64,000 nucleotides of DNA, taken from NCBI GenBank assembly GCA_029252805.1, contig JAQXAR010000009.1, positions 2,400-66,399 of the forward strand. Reading direction: 5' to 3'. Both the position numbers and the translations under genes were made by a program. This stretch comes from Rickettsiales bacterium (GTDB taxonomy: Bacteria > Pseudomonadota > Alphaproteobacteria > Rickettsiales > JALZUV01). Of the stretch, positions 20,288 through 29,741 are shown in pieces. How positions within the stretch are numbered: the first letter of the stretch is position 1; every line of letters begins with the position of its first letter. Below the pieces are notes generated by a model that did not search any database, was not told where the DNA came from, and saw only the letters and a program-made list of their open reading frames with translations.

Positions 20288-21472
20288 ATGTCGCTACATA
20301 GTCCTGTGATGGCGGTGCTTCCAGAAGATGGAGACTCTAATTTTGCGAATCAAATCGCAAATTCACTAGGGTACCCTTATGCTGATGTGATCATGGGTTC
20401 ACCCATGCAAGCAGCTGTTGCGCTTGCTTCTCGCGAACACAGCCCTGCTTACATTATCATTGATATCGGGACACGAACCGGTGAAGTGATTAACGAGATT
20501 GACCAATTGGCTGAATCTTGTGAAGCTGGCACACGTGTGATCGTGATTGGTCGAATCAACGATATTAAGTTTTATCGTGAACTTACGCAGCTGGGCGTGT
20601 TGGAATATTTTACGCATCCTGTTGACCTGCAAGAAGTGAAGACTGCCCTTATGGCTGGCCGTGGCGGCGATGCTGGAGATGGCAAAAAGGTTGTCACTTT
20701 TATGAGCGCTGCTTCGGGTGACGGTTCAAGTACCCTCGCAATGAATGTTGCTTATTCGATGGCGACGGACTATCGCAAAAAAGTTGTCTTAGTGGATATG
20801 GACTATCAATTTGGGATGGTAGCTAAGAATCTTGATCTAAATACGCAGTTCGGGATTAAAGAAATTTTTGATCATCCTGATCGTGGTGTTGATCCAACGT
20901 TAGTACGCCGAATGATTAGCCCTTATGGTGATAATCTATCGGTGATTGCGGCACCTGAGGAACTTAAATACTTGCCGGATATGAATCCGGAAACCATTCG
21001 CGGACTTATCGCGACTCTGAAATCTGAATATGATTGTGTGGTGATTGATTTACCCCATATTTGGTCTAACTGGACTGCGTCAACCATCAGTGCCTCGACG
21101 GATATTGTATTGGTTTCGCAACTTTGGTTGCGTTCGATTACACATGCGGCGCGGTTGCTTGGCCTGTGGCGTAACATGGGTATCTCAGACGATATGGTCA
21201 AAGTGGCGATTAACCGTAGTGGTGCCAAATTTAAAGAAGGTATCAGCGACAAAGATTTCGAACGTGTTTGTTCCCATGCGATTGACTATAGCGTGGCCAA
21301 TGACATTAAAACGATCGTTGCGGCGGAAAGCCAAGGGCAAATGATTATGGAAGTCAGCCAATCGATGTTAGCAAGTCAGTTAAAAGGTTTAGCGGGAATG
21401 TTGATGGGGCTGTCTACTGATGCGGCATCCTTAAAATCATCTGATGGGCGTTTCTCGCTCTTTAAAAAATAA
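20288..21472 (+). CDS. cpaE: pilus assembly protein CpaE/TadZ (receiver-like N-domain plus ParA/MinD-like domain)
   Basis: The domain order and locus position fit CpaE/TadZ. The Walker A region is degenerate (MSAASGDGSSTL). Confidence 0.8.
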   Translation: MSLHSPVMAVLPEDGDSNFANQIANSLGYPYADVIMGSPMQAAVALASREHSPAYIIIDIGTRTGEVINEIDQLAESCEAGTRVIVIGRINDIKFYRELTQLGVLEYFTHPVDLQEVKTALMAGRGGDAGDGKKVVTFMSAASGDGSSTLAMNVAYSMATDYRKKVVLVDMDYQFGMVAKNLDLNTQFGIKEIFDHPDRGVDPTLVRRMISPYGDNLSVIAAPEELKYLPDMNPETIRGLIATLKSEYDCVVIDLPHIWSNWTASTISASTDIVLVSQLWLRSITHAARLLGLWRNMGISDDMVKVAINRSGAKFKEGISDKDFERVCSHAIDYSVANDIKTIVAAESQGQMIMEVSQSMLASQLKGLAGMLMGLSTDAASLKSSDGRFSLFKK

Positions 21473-21482
21473 AAAGAGGTAA

Positions 21483-23159
21483 ATGATGTTTGGTAAGAAA
21501 AAAGATGATGGTTCTGGAGCTTTTCCTGTAGATGCAGTTCCAATTACACCTGCAGAGCCTGCCGGGCAACCTGTTGCAGCTCCAGCCTCTCCTCCTTCGG
21601 CGGCGCCAATGCCTCCGGTTCAGCCGTCTGTTCCCCCTGCGGGTTCGGTGCCGCACGTCCCTTCTTCAGTGCCGCCAACTCCTCCTCCTCCTGCAGATGC
21701 CGGAGCGAACTTACCAGTAAATGTGATGCAGCCGGAACAAGCGCAGCAACAAACGGACGGTGCTTTGGTCGCAAGCCAAGAGCGAATGCTGGCAGAGCAA
21801 GAGTCGCTCCTTGAGCAGCGTAAAAAGATGGCGGAAGCGGCACGAGGAAAGCAGTCAGCCTACACGGATAGAAATCTCGAAACGCCAGATTATATTAAAG
21901 CGAAGTTGCTGATTTCGGAAGAGTTGTTGGAGAGGCTTGATTTTGAAGAGCTTGAGAAAACTGGTGAAGAGGACCGCCGCCAGGAAATTCTCGATGAAAT
22001 CAATGCATTAATTGAGAAGGTGAATTTACCGCTAACGGCGGCTCAACATGAGTTGTTGAAAAAATCCCTCTTGGATGATGTGCTAGGTTTTGGACCTTTG
22101 GAGGTCCTTCTCGCCGATCCTGATGTGTCCGATATCATGGTTAATGGTGCGAATCAGGTTTATATTGAGAAAGCGGGTAAAATTAGCGTAACCGATGTTC
22201 GGTTTGTTTCGGAGCGTCACCTTCTGAATGTGATTCAAAAAATTGTACAACGTGTGGGGCGTCGGGTGGATGAAACAAGCCCAATGGTCGATGCGCGTAT
22301 GCCGGATGGTTCACGTTTTAATGCGATTATTCCGCCTTTGGCGCTCGACGGTTCCTTAGTTTCGATTCGTAAGTTTAAGCAAAATAAGATGCCACTAACG
22401 CAATATATCGATTATGGGTCGGCGACACCTGAAATGGTGCGCTTCCTAGAGATTTGCTCGCAGATTCGAATGAATATCTTGATCTCGGGGGGGACGGGTT
22501 CAGGGAAGACAACGCTTCTTAATGCGCTTTCGGGTCATATTGAAGAAGGCGAACGCGTTATTACGATTGAGGATGCCGCCGAGCTGCAAATGCATCAACC
22601 CCACGTGTTGCGACTGGAGACTCGTCCGGCAAATATGGAGGGCGTGGGTGAGGTGACTCAGCGTGCTTTGGTGAAAAATGCTCTACGTATGCGTCCGGAT
22701 CGAATCATTCTGGGTGAGATTCGTGGCGAAGAGGTCATTGATGTACTTCAAGCGATGAATACGGGTCACGATGGTTCGATGGCAACGATTCATGCGAATA
22801 ATCCACGTGAATGTCTAACCCGTCTGGAGAATCTATTCGGCCTGACGGGTCTGAATTTCCCGCTATCAACCTTGCGTAATCAGATTGCAGGCTCACTTAA
22901 TATGGTTGTTCAAATTAGCCGTATGCGTGATGGTAGCCGTAAGATTACTCAGATTGAAGAGATTGTTGGAATGGAGGGTGATGTGATCATTACTCAAACA
23001 TTGTTCCATTTTAAACCCACTGGCATGTCGGAAGACGGGAAATTGCAGGGTCAGTTTATCTGTAACGGGGTTAAACCTCGCTTTATGGAGCAGGCAAGTT
23101 ACTATGGGTTAGATCAAGAAATGTCGCAAACCCTCACCGGTTCGCCGGGAATGATGTAA
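21483..23159 (+). CDS. cpaF: pilus assembly secretion ATPase CpaF/TadA with proline-rich N-terminal extension
   Basis: Walker A ISGGTGSGKTTLLNAL, ITIEDAAEL and GHDGSMATIHAN are present. The first ~80 residues are Pro/Ala/Ser-rich. Confidence 0.92.
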   Translation: MMFGKKKDDGSGAFPVDAVPITPAEPAGQPVAAPASPPSAAPMPPVQPSVPPAGSVPHVPSSVPPTPPPPADAGANLPVNVMQPEQAQQQTDGALVASQERMLAEQESLLEQRKKMAEAARGKQSAYTDRNLETPDYIKAKLLISEELLERLDFEELEKTGEEDRRQEILDEINALIEKVNLPLTAAQHELLKKSLLDDVLGFGPLEVLLADPDVSDIMVNGANQVYIEKAGKISVTDVRFVSERHLLNVIQKIVQRVGRRVDETSPMVDARMPDGSRFNAIIPPLALDGSLVSIRKFKQNKMPLTQYIDYGSATPEMVRFLEICSQIRMNILISGGTGSGKTTLLNALSGHIEEGERVITIEDAAELQMHQPHVLRLETRPANMEGVGEVTQRALVKNALRMRPDRIILGEIRGEEVIDVLQAMNTGHDGSMATIHANNPRECLTRLENLFGLTGLNFPLSTLRNQIAGSLNMVVQISRMRDGSRKITQIEEIVGMEGDVIITQTLFHFKPTGMSEDGKLQGQFICNGVKPRFMEQASYYGLDQEMSQTLTGSPGMM

Positions 23160-23177
23160 AGGGAGAATGGTGCGCTA

Positions 23178-24143
23178 ATGGAGCCGCTGGTTGTTATAGG
23201 AACGGGAGCGATAGTATTTTTACTACTGTCAGCTACGGCGTTACGTCTTCTTCCAGATAGAGGCGAGCAACGCACGAAATCTATCATTGATCAAATTGCA
23301 ACGGGATCTGATGATGAGCCCTCAATGCAAGATGACGGCGATGCTGCCGCGCATTTTAAGGAAGAGGCAACGGGTTTAACAAGAGTTTTACTAAGCTTGC
23401 CGGGCGCGGAAAGTTTTTATGCGAAGCTTTTAAAAGCCGGTCATGCACAGCGTATCAAGTCAGTCTTACTTATTATGGTGAGCTTATTTGTGGTTCTATC
23501 CATTATTTTAGCATTTCCATTCGGTCCTTACTCGCTCCTTTTCGCAGGGCTCTTGACGTATTACATTCCGAAAAAATTCTTCACATGGGAAATTAAAAAA
23601 CGTAACCGTAAATTTATCGATCAATTCCCTGAAGCGATTGATATGATTGTACGAAGTGTGAAATCAGGACATCCGTTAAACACGGCGTTACGCATGATTG
23701 CTGATAATATGGAAGCTCCGGTCGCGCCAGAGTTCCGTCAGTTAGTGAATGAAATTGCCTACGGTCGTCCGCTGGTGGATGCTTTGCGTCGTTTGGCCAA
23801 GCGTGTCGATGAGCAGGATGTGCATTTCTTCGTTGTTGTATTAGCGGTGCAGCAAGAAACGGGCGGTAACCTCGCCGAAATTTTGAAGAACTTATCGAAC
23901 GTGATTCGTGGACGTAAGCGCCTACAGCAAAAGATTTCTGCGATGACGTCAGAGGGTAAGGCGACTCTTGTTATTTTGGGGGCACTTCCAGTGCTCGTAT
24001 TCTGTGCGATTCAATTTACGAGTCCGCAATATTTGCAACCACTGTATGATACGCTCATAGGTAATATTATTCTTTCGGCGGCGATTGGGTTGATCTTAAT
24101 GGCTATTTTTATCATCAATAAAATGATCGATATCGATATTTAG
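23178..24143 (+). CDS. tadB: Tad pilus inner-membrane platform protein TadB
   Basis: The topology is T2SS-F-like and the gene follows cpaF. Confidence 0.85.
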   Translation: MEPLVVIGTGAIVFLLLSATALRLLPDRGEQRTKSIIDQIATGSDDEPSMQDDGDAAAHFKEEATGLTRVLLSLPGAESFYAKLLKAGHAQRIKSVLLIMVSLFVVLSIILAFPFGPYSLLFAGLLTYYIPKKFFTWEIKKRNRKFIDQFPEAIDMIVRSVKSGHPLNTALRMIADNMEAPVAPEFRQLVNEIAYGRPLVDALRRLAKRVDEQDVHFFVVVLAVQQETGGNLAEILKNLSNVIRGRKRLQQKISAMTSEGKATLVILGALPVLVFCAIQFTSPQYLQPLYDTLIGNIILSAAIGLILMAIFIINKMIDIDI

Positions 24144-24151
24144 AGGGTGTT

Positions 24152-25123
24152 ATGGAAAAAGACGAAGGATTTTTAGGTGAAGTTATCCAGTACGGGGTTC
24201 CGATATTGGTGGCTTTTCTTGTCTTTATCGTTTTCATGTGGGCGGTCAACATCTCTAAAAAAGAGAGCCTAAAAGCCCGTTTGCGCCGTCTGGCACCTTC
24301 AGATTCAGAGACAAAGGACGCGATTGATCGCAAGCGTGAGGGTGATGGTGCCGGTATCGCTGCCGTGATGGAGCCTTTTGTTGGGCTCGTGACAAACCTG
24401 ACAGAGTTTCGCCGTTTAAACTTTTATAAGTTTTATCGTGCAGGTGTCGATCCGGTGGATGGGCCCGTTAATTACTTAGCCTATAAATGGATTACGACCC
24501 CCATTGCTGTTTTGCTCATCTATGTGCTTTGGACTACGGGTGTGGATGAGGGAATGGCGAAAAAGATGATGAAGGGGGTCGGGACTCTTCTTCTGATTGC
24601 TCTAAGTTGGTTTGGACCAAACCTCTTTCTGGCCAATAGTCGTGCGAAGCGAGAGCTTTTATTAATGCGTTCCTTTCCAGACACCTTAGATTTGCTACTG
24701 GTTTGTACAGAATCAGGTCTGGCTTTAGATGGTGCACTGGCTCGTGTGTGTAGAGAGTTGGGGCATGCTTACCCTGAAATCACGGATGAGATGAATAAAA
24801 CACGTTTAGAGCTCACCTTATTGAATGATCGTGAGAAGGCGTTGGCTAACCTTGCCGAGCGCTCTGATCTTGTTCCGTTTCGTTCATTGGTCGCATCGTT
24901 GTTACAAACAGAGCGCTTTGGTACGAGCCTGACCGATACGCTGCGTGTATTGGCCGATGAGTATCGTAATACACGCCTGATGTTGGCAGAACAAAAAGCC
25001 GGGCGTTTGCCCGTTATGATGACTGTTCCGCTCATCGTCTTCTTGTTACCCTCGTTATTCCTGATTATTCTTGGCCCAGCGGTTGTTAGTATGCTGACGG
25101 TTCAAGCAGAGCACGGCTCCTGA
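24152..25123 (+). CDS. tadC: Tad pilus inner-membrane platform protein TadC
   Basis: This is a second T2SS-F-like paralogue immediately after tadB. Confidence 0.85.
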   Translation: MEKDEGFLGEVIQYGVPILVAFLVFIVFMWAVNISKKESLKARLRRLAPSDSETKDAIDRKREGDGAGIAAVMEPFVGLVTNLTEFRRLNFYKFYRAGVDPVDGPVNYLAYKWITTPIAVLLIYVLWTTGVDEGMAKKMMKGVGTLLLIALSWFGPNLFLANSRAKRELLLMRSFPDTLDLLLVCTESGLALDGALARVCRELGHAYPEITDEMNKTRLELTLLNDREKALANLAERSDLVPFRSLVASLLQTERFGTSLTDTLRVLADEYRNTRLMLAEQKAGRLPVMMTVPLIVFLLPSLFLIILGPAVVSMLTVQAEHGS

Positions 25124-25233
25124 AAAAGGCGGTCAAACGCCTAGCTTTCCTTTACTTTTTATTTTTAAGTGGCTACCGTCCTATGGCTACGCTTTAAAAA
25201 TTAAGCATATTAGACAAAATGGAGGTATTTATT

Positions 25234-25581
25234 ATGGGTAAATTTACACTTTTCACGGGTAAAAACGGTGAATTTTATTGGAATCTTAAAGCTGGAAACG
25301 GTGAAGTGATCGGTAAAAGCGAAGGCTACACTACCAAAGCTGCAGCGATGAATGGCATTGAGTCCACTCGTAAGAATGCGGATGATGAAGGTAAATATGA
25401 GATGAAAGAAGCTAAGAACGGCAAATTCCACTGGAATCTTAAAGCTGGTAATGGCCAAATCATTCTTTCTAGCCAAATGTATGAAACAAAATCAGGTGCT
25501 GAAAATGGCACAAAATCAACGATGAAAAATGCGCCAGAGGCGTCTTTTGTTGATGAAACTGAAGGTTCAGCAGCTGCTTAA
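25234..25581 (+). CDS. YegP-family protein (tandem DUF1508 repeats)
   Basis: Two copies of the G(E/K)F(Y/H)WNLKAGNG...S.GY..K..A.NGI.S motif are present. GGAGG lies 8 nt upstream of the ATG at 25234. Confidence 0.8.
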   Translation: MGKFTLFTGKNGEFYWNLKAGNGEVIGKSEGYTTKAAAMNGIESTRKNADDEGKYEMKEAKNGKFHWNLKAGNGQIILSSQMYETKSGAENGTKSTMKNAPEASFVDETEGSAAA

Positions 25582-25608
25582 ATAGCGAATCGTTATTTAA
25601 AGACTCTA

Positions 25609-25649
25609 AATACCTGTCGCGGGAGTGCTCCTGCGACAGGTATTTTTTG
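25609..25649 (+). terminator. rho-independent terminator after the yegP-like gene
   Basis: The hairpin TACCTGTCGC-loop-GCGACAGGTA is followed by TTTTTT. Confidence 0.85.
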
Positions 25650-25895
25650 ATAAAATTTTAACAAACCTTCATATAGGTTCATCTGGATCTGGAAAACTTG
25701 GTGGAATTCGCCAAGCCGAGCGGTCTGGGATGACGGCGGTAAGTAACGGCATTTTGGTTGCCAATGCGACGACAGGTAACTTCGAAGAGGGTGACTTTGA
25801 ATCCGTCTGGAATTCAGCCTGCTTATTCATAAAAAATAAATCTTTTGCGGCTACAATTCCTAAATTCACGAACGAATCTTTAAGAGGCTGCCCAC

Positions 25896-27311
25896 ATGAT
25901 ATCTTTATCCAATATTTATAACGCATTAAATGCGACTGAATCTTGGTCGAATAGCTTGGGCGAGGGCGCGATTGTTTCCTACAGCTTCAATGGTCCTTGG
26001 GGCACCGATGGTACGGGCGACTTAGGCGGCGTAATTAAACCCTTAAGCACAGCAAATCAGGCGCTCACACGCGATATTCTCCAGCTTTATTCCGATGTCG
26101 CCAATATCACCTTTAACGAGCTTTCAAGTGGCGATGGCGATATTGCGTTTCGCAATGAAGAGATCGATGGGTTAGGCGGAACCGAAGGCTATGCCTATTT
26201 TCCCGGTAGCGGCATTGGTGGTAATGTGACGATCGAAACCGCTTTAGGCGATGCGATTACGGCGAATAGTTTCGGCTGGTATACGATCATTCATGAAATT
26301 GGCCATGCCGTAGGGCTAGACCATCCCTTTGTGGAGGGAAACCCCAGTGTAGCGAAAACCAACGGTATACCTGTTGAAGAGCTAACTTCCGAATATAGCG
26401 TCATGGCCTATAATGGCGACGTGGATGATGTTATCAATTTACAACTCTATGATATTACGACGATCCAATTGAAATATAGCCCGAATTTCAATTATAATTC
26501 TGGCAATACTAATTACGATTTTAGCACGACGACCGGCCCGTTGCAGTCTTATGCTTTGTGGGATGGTGCTGGCACAGATACACTCAATGCCAGCAGTCTT
26601 GGTAGCGGTGTCATCTTTAACTTAAATGACGGTGACTACCTCAATGTAGCAGGGGGCGAACGTTTCAAAATCGCCTTTAATGCGCAGATCGAAAATGCCA
26701 TTGCCGGCGACGGTGCGGATTCGGTGACGGGTAATGAACTCAATAACGCGCTTTATGGCGGCGGCGGTAACGATACCATCCGGGGCGGCGACGGTAACGA
26801 TGCACTGGTGGCGGGCCGTGGTGTCAGTGATGGCGCGGATGGCGATGATATGCTGTTCGGCGATCTGGGCTCCGATACGCTTTATGGAAATTCCGGTAAT
26901 GATATTCTGGTCGGTGGCCGCGACTTTACCGATCCAGTTGATGGTAACGATACGCTTTATGGCGGCCTCGGTGATGACCAAATTTACGGCAATTCCGGCG
27001 ATGACCGCATCGTAGGGGCAAGCGGTAATGACACAATTTATGGCGGCCTCGGTGATGATACCTTCGTGTTTAAGGCAGGAAGTAATGTCGATACAATCTG
27101 GGGCTTTGATGGCGCGGGGCAATCGGGCGGCGATGTCTTACTCTTACAGGCCAATATGAATGGCACAGACATTGATAGCTTTGCTGAACTTATGGCGGTT
27201 TCCTTTACCGATGGCACGCATAGTTTCCTTGCGACCGGAGGAGGTAATGGCATCCTTTTGCTGTTCACCACGCTAGATGATCTAGGCGCGAGCGACTTCG
27301 TTTTTGCTTAA
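25896..27311 (+). CDS. serralysin-family (M10B) zinc metalloprotease with C-terminal RTX repeats
   Basis: The zinc motif HEIGHAVGLDH lies at nt 26292-26324 and the Met-turn SVMAY at 26397-26411. A GGxGxD nonapeptide run spans about 26758-27075. There is no signal peptide. Confidence 0.9.
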   Translation: MISLSNIYNALNATESWSNSLGEGAIVSYSFNGPWGTDGTGDLGGVIKPLSTANQALTRDILQLYSDVANITFNELSSGDGDIAFRNEEIDGLGGTEGYAYFPGSGIGGNVTIETALGDAITANSFGWYTIIHEIGHAVGLDHPFVEGNPSVAKTNGIPVEELTSEYSVMAYNGDVDDVINLQLYDITTIQLKYSPNFNYNSGNTNYDFSTTTGPLQSYALWDGAGTDTLNASSLGSGVIFNLNDGDYLNVAGGERFKIAFNAQIENAIAGDGADSVTGNELNNALYGGGGNDTIRGGDGNDALVAGRGVSDGADGDDMLFGDLGSDTLYGNSGNDILVGGRDFTDPVDGNDTLYGGLGDDQIYGNSGDDRIVGASGNDTIYGGLGDDTFVFKAGSNVDTIWGFDGAGQSGGDVLLLQANMNGTDIDSFAELMAVSFTDGTHSFLATGGGNGILLLFTTLDDLGASDFVFA

Positions 27312-27313
27312 AG

Positions 27314-28096
27314 CTACATAAATTGTTCGTTGATGAGGCGTTCTTCTAGATGATGCTCCGGGTCGAACATCAGCGTCAGCGGAATGGAGCGGTCTTGCGT
27401 GATCGAAAGCGATGTGACATCGCGTACTTCGGTAAAGTCAGCCACAGCGCCGACTGGGCGTTTTACGGGATCTAACACCTCTAAATAAACGCTCGATTCT
27501 TGCGGTAGAAGTGCTCCACGCCAACGTCGCGGGCGGAACGGGCTAATCGGTGTCAGCGCCACAAGATTAGCTTCTAGTGGGATAATAGGCCCGCCAGCAG
27601 AATAATTATACGCGGTGCTACCGGCGGGGGTTGATACCATAATACCATCACCCACCAGGGTTGGGATACGCACCACGTGATCGACTGTGACGCGGATATT
27701 GGCTGCTTGGCGTGTTTCACGGAAGAGTGAAACCTCGTTAATGGCCAGCAATTCATGCTGTTCGCCGCCATAGCAGCGGGCAAACATGCGTAAAGGGTAG
27801 AGTGTGCTCAGTTTGGCGGCGTCTAAGCGTTCCAGCAGCATTTCTTCGCGAAATTGATTGAGCAAAAAGCCAACGGTCCCACAATTCATGCCGTAAAAAG
27901 GGATGCCCCGGTGCATATGTTCATGCATGACTTGCAGCATAAAGCCATCTCCCCCCAAAACGAGGATGACATCGGGTATTTGTTTTGCTTCTGGCTTCAC
28001 AAACTTATATAGCATTTTCAGTGCCTTATAAGCTTCTTGTGCGATATCTGATGTATCTGCGATGCAAGCGATACGTGGAGTCTTGGCACTGTTCAT
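27314..28096 (-). CDS. nadK: NAD(+) kinase
   Basis: The motifs GGDGFML and TPAGSTAYNYSAGGPI are present. Confidence 0.9.
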   Translation of the reverse strand: MNSAKTPRIACIADTSDIAQEAYKALKMLYKFVKPEAKQIPDVILVLGGDGFMLQVMHEHMHRGIPFYGMNCGTVGFLLNQFREEMLLERLDAAKLSTLYPLRMFARCYGGEQHELLAINEVSLFRETRQAANIRVTVDHVVRIPTLVGDGIMVSTPAGSTAYNYSAGGPIIPLEANLVALTPISPFRPRRWRGALLPQESSVYLEVLDPVKRPVGAVADFTEVRDVTSLSITQDRSIPLTLMFDPEHHLEERLINEQFM

Positions 28097-28117
28097 AGTT
28101 TAGACTATATCTAGGGG

Positions 28118-28951
28118 GTGACTAGCATGCAAGAATCTAGAATTGATCCAGAAAGCATCGGTGAGAATTTCCCCGTTGCTTCGAAACTGTTGCCCGAGCA
28201 ATGGCGACAGCCCATTCTTGACTTTTACTCCTATGCGCGCGGGTTGGATGATATTAGCGACAGTATCGTGCTCAAGCGTGAAGAGAAGCGCGATCAGCTG
28301 CGTTTGATCCGCCTTGCTTTGCAAGAAAAACAGCCCGAGATGCTGCCCAAATGGGCGCTGCCTTATTATAAGTGTTTGCAGGATGGTACCTTCTCACCCG
28401 CGCATGGAGATGAGCTGTGGCAGGCTTTCTGGCAGGATACAGAGAAGAAACGTTACCAGACTTTTGGTGAAGTTTTGAGCTATTGTAAGCTCTCGGCGAA
28501 TCCAGTTGGGCATGCGGTTTTGGAGGTCTCTGGGGAATTCGATGCGGATTTGACCGCCGCAGATGCGCTTTGTACGGCGTTGCAGCTTTTGAATCATTTG
28601 CAGGATGTTCGGAGTGATTATGTGAAGCGTCAGCGGATTTACGTACCGCAAGAATGGATGGCGCAAGTGGGTTTGAGCGAGAAAGTGCTCGAAAAATCAG
28701 AAACAGGGCCAAAATTACGTGTGGTCTTTCATCAATGGTTGGATGAAGTGGATGTGCTATTGCGAGAAGCAGGGCATTTACCCAAGACTATCCACCATCG
28801 TGGGGTGCGGTGGGAATTACGGATTATCCTCGCCTTTGCGCGTGGGTTGGCTCGTAAATTGCGTAAAAATGACCCGATGGCACGCCATGTGAAGCTGGGT
28901 AGTTTTCATCGTATATTGCTCGCCGTAGGAGCCATTATCGGTGTCTGCTAA
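28118..28951 (+). CDS. hpnC: squalene synthase-family enzyme HpnC (hydroxysqualene synthase-like)
   Basis: The N-terminus contains ENFPVAS. Asp-rich motifs GLDDISD and LQDVRSDY are present. The gene is paired with an hpnD-like gene. Confidence 0.75.
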   Translation: MTSMQESRIDPESIGENFPVASKLLPEQWRQPILDFYSYARGLDDISDSIVLKREEKRDQLRLIRLALQEKQPEMLPKWALPYYKCLQDGTFSPAHGDELWQAFWQDTEKKRYQTFGEVLSYCKLSANPVGHAVLEVSGEFDADLTAADALCTALQLLNHLQDVRSDYVKRQRIYVPQEWMAQVGLSEKVLEKSETGPKLRVVFHQWLDEVDVLLREAGHLPKTIHHRGVRWELRIILAFARGLARKLRKNDPMARHVKLGSFHRILLAVGAIIGVC

Positions 28952-29708
28952 TCGTCCGCATCGCCGCTCTAGTAGCTTCTTTCTGCCCATGTTGCTTATG
29001 GGTAAGAAGAAGCGTTATGCCCTAAAGGCGCTCTATTATTTTTGCAGTGCGGTGGATGATGCGGTGGATGAGGCCCCCACCAAGCCACAGGCCCGCGAGA
29101 ACCTCGCCTTTTGGCAAATGGAGCTGGAGAATATCTACACCGTGCAGCGCCCGCCTGAGAATGAAATCATGCGGCAGTTGGGGATAGCGATTTGGCAATT
29201 TAAGTTACCACGTCAGCCGTTTGAAGATTTGCTGCAAGGCATGGAATTTGATTGCTCAGACTCCGTCGAGATACAGACTGAGAAAGAGTTAGAGCGATAT
29301 TGCTATTGCGTGGCCGGCGCGGTGGGCTTGCAAGCGATGCGTATTTTTGGTCTGCAAGGCGCTCAAGCCGACAGTTTTGCGGTGGCTTTAGGGCAAGCAT
29401 TACAGCTGACGAATATCTTGCGCGATAAACGTAAAGACGCAGCGATTAAACGTTCCTATATCCCTAAGGAGTGGGTCAGAGATAAAGACTCAGAGCTTAT
29501 CTCCAAGGCATATGAGAGTTTTGAGGAGGTGGCAAAACTAGAGCAAATTTTACCGTCACGTCCGATCTTGCCGGCGCTTTTAATGCGCGATATTTACCGT
29601 TGGAAGCTCAAGCGCATCCAAGCCAAGCAATCGGCCAAGCCATTGCCCTTTGCCTTCTATCTAAGATTGCTCGCAAAAGCAGGCCGTTATTACGCAAAAG
29701 CGTCATAA
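28941..29708 (+). CDS. hpnD: squalene/phytoene synthase-family enzyme HpnD (presqualene diphosphate synthase-like)
   Basis: SSFFLPM, the Asp-rich motif AVDDAVDE and NILRDKRKD are present. The gene overlaps the hpnC stop by 11 nt. Confidence 0.75.
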   Translation: MSANRPHRRSSSFFLPMLLMGKKKRYALKALYYFCSAVDDAVDEAPTKPQARENLAFWQMELENIYTVQRPPENEIMRQLGIAIWQFKLPRQPFEDLLQGMEFDCSDSVEIQTEKELERYCYCVAGAVGLQAMRIFGLQGAQADSFAVALGQALQLTNILRDKRKDAAIKRSYIPKEWVRDKDSELISKAYESFEEVAKLEQILPSRPILPALLMRDIYRWKLKRIQAKQSAKPLPFAFYLRLLAKAGRYYAKAS

Positions 29709-29741
29709 AGTGGTAACATTTATGCCCTATACTGCAAGGGT

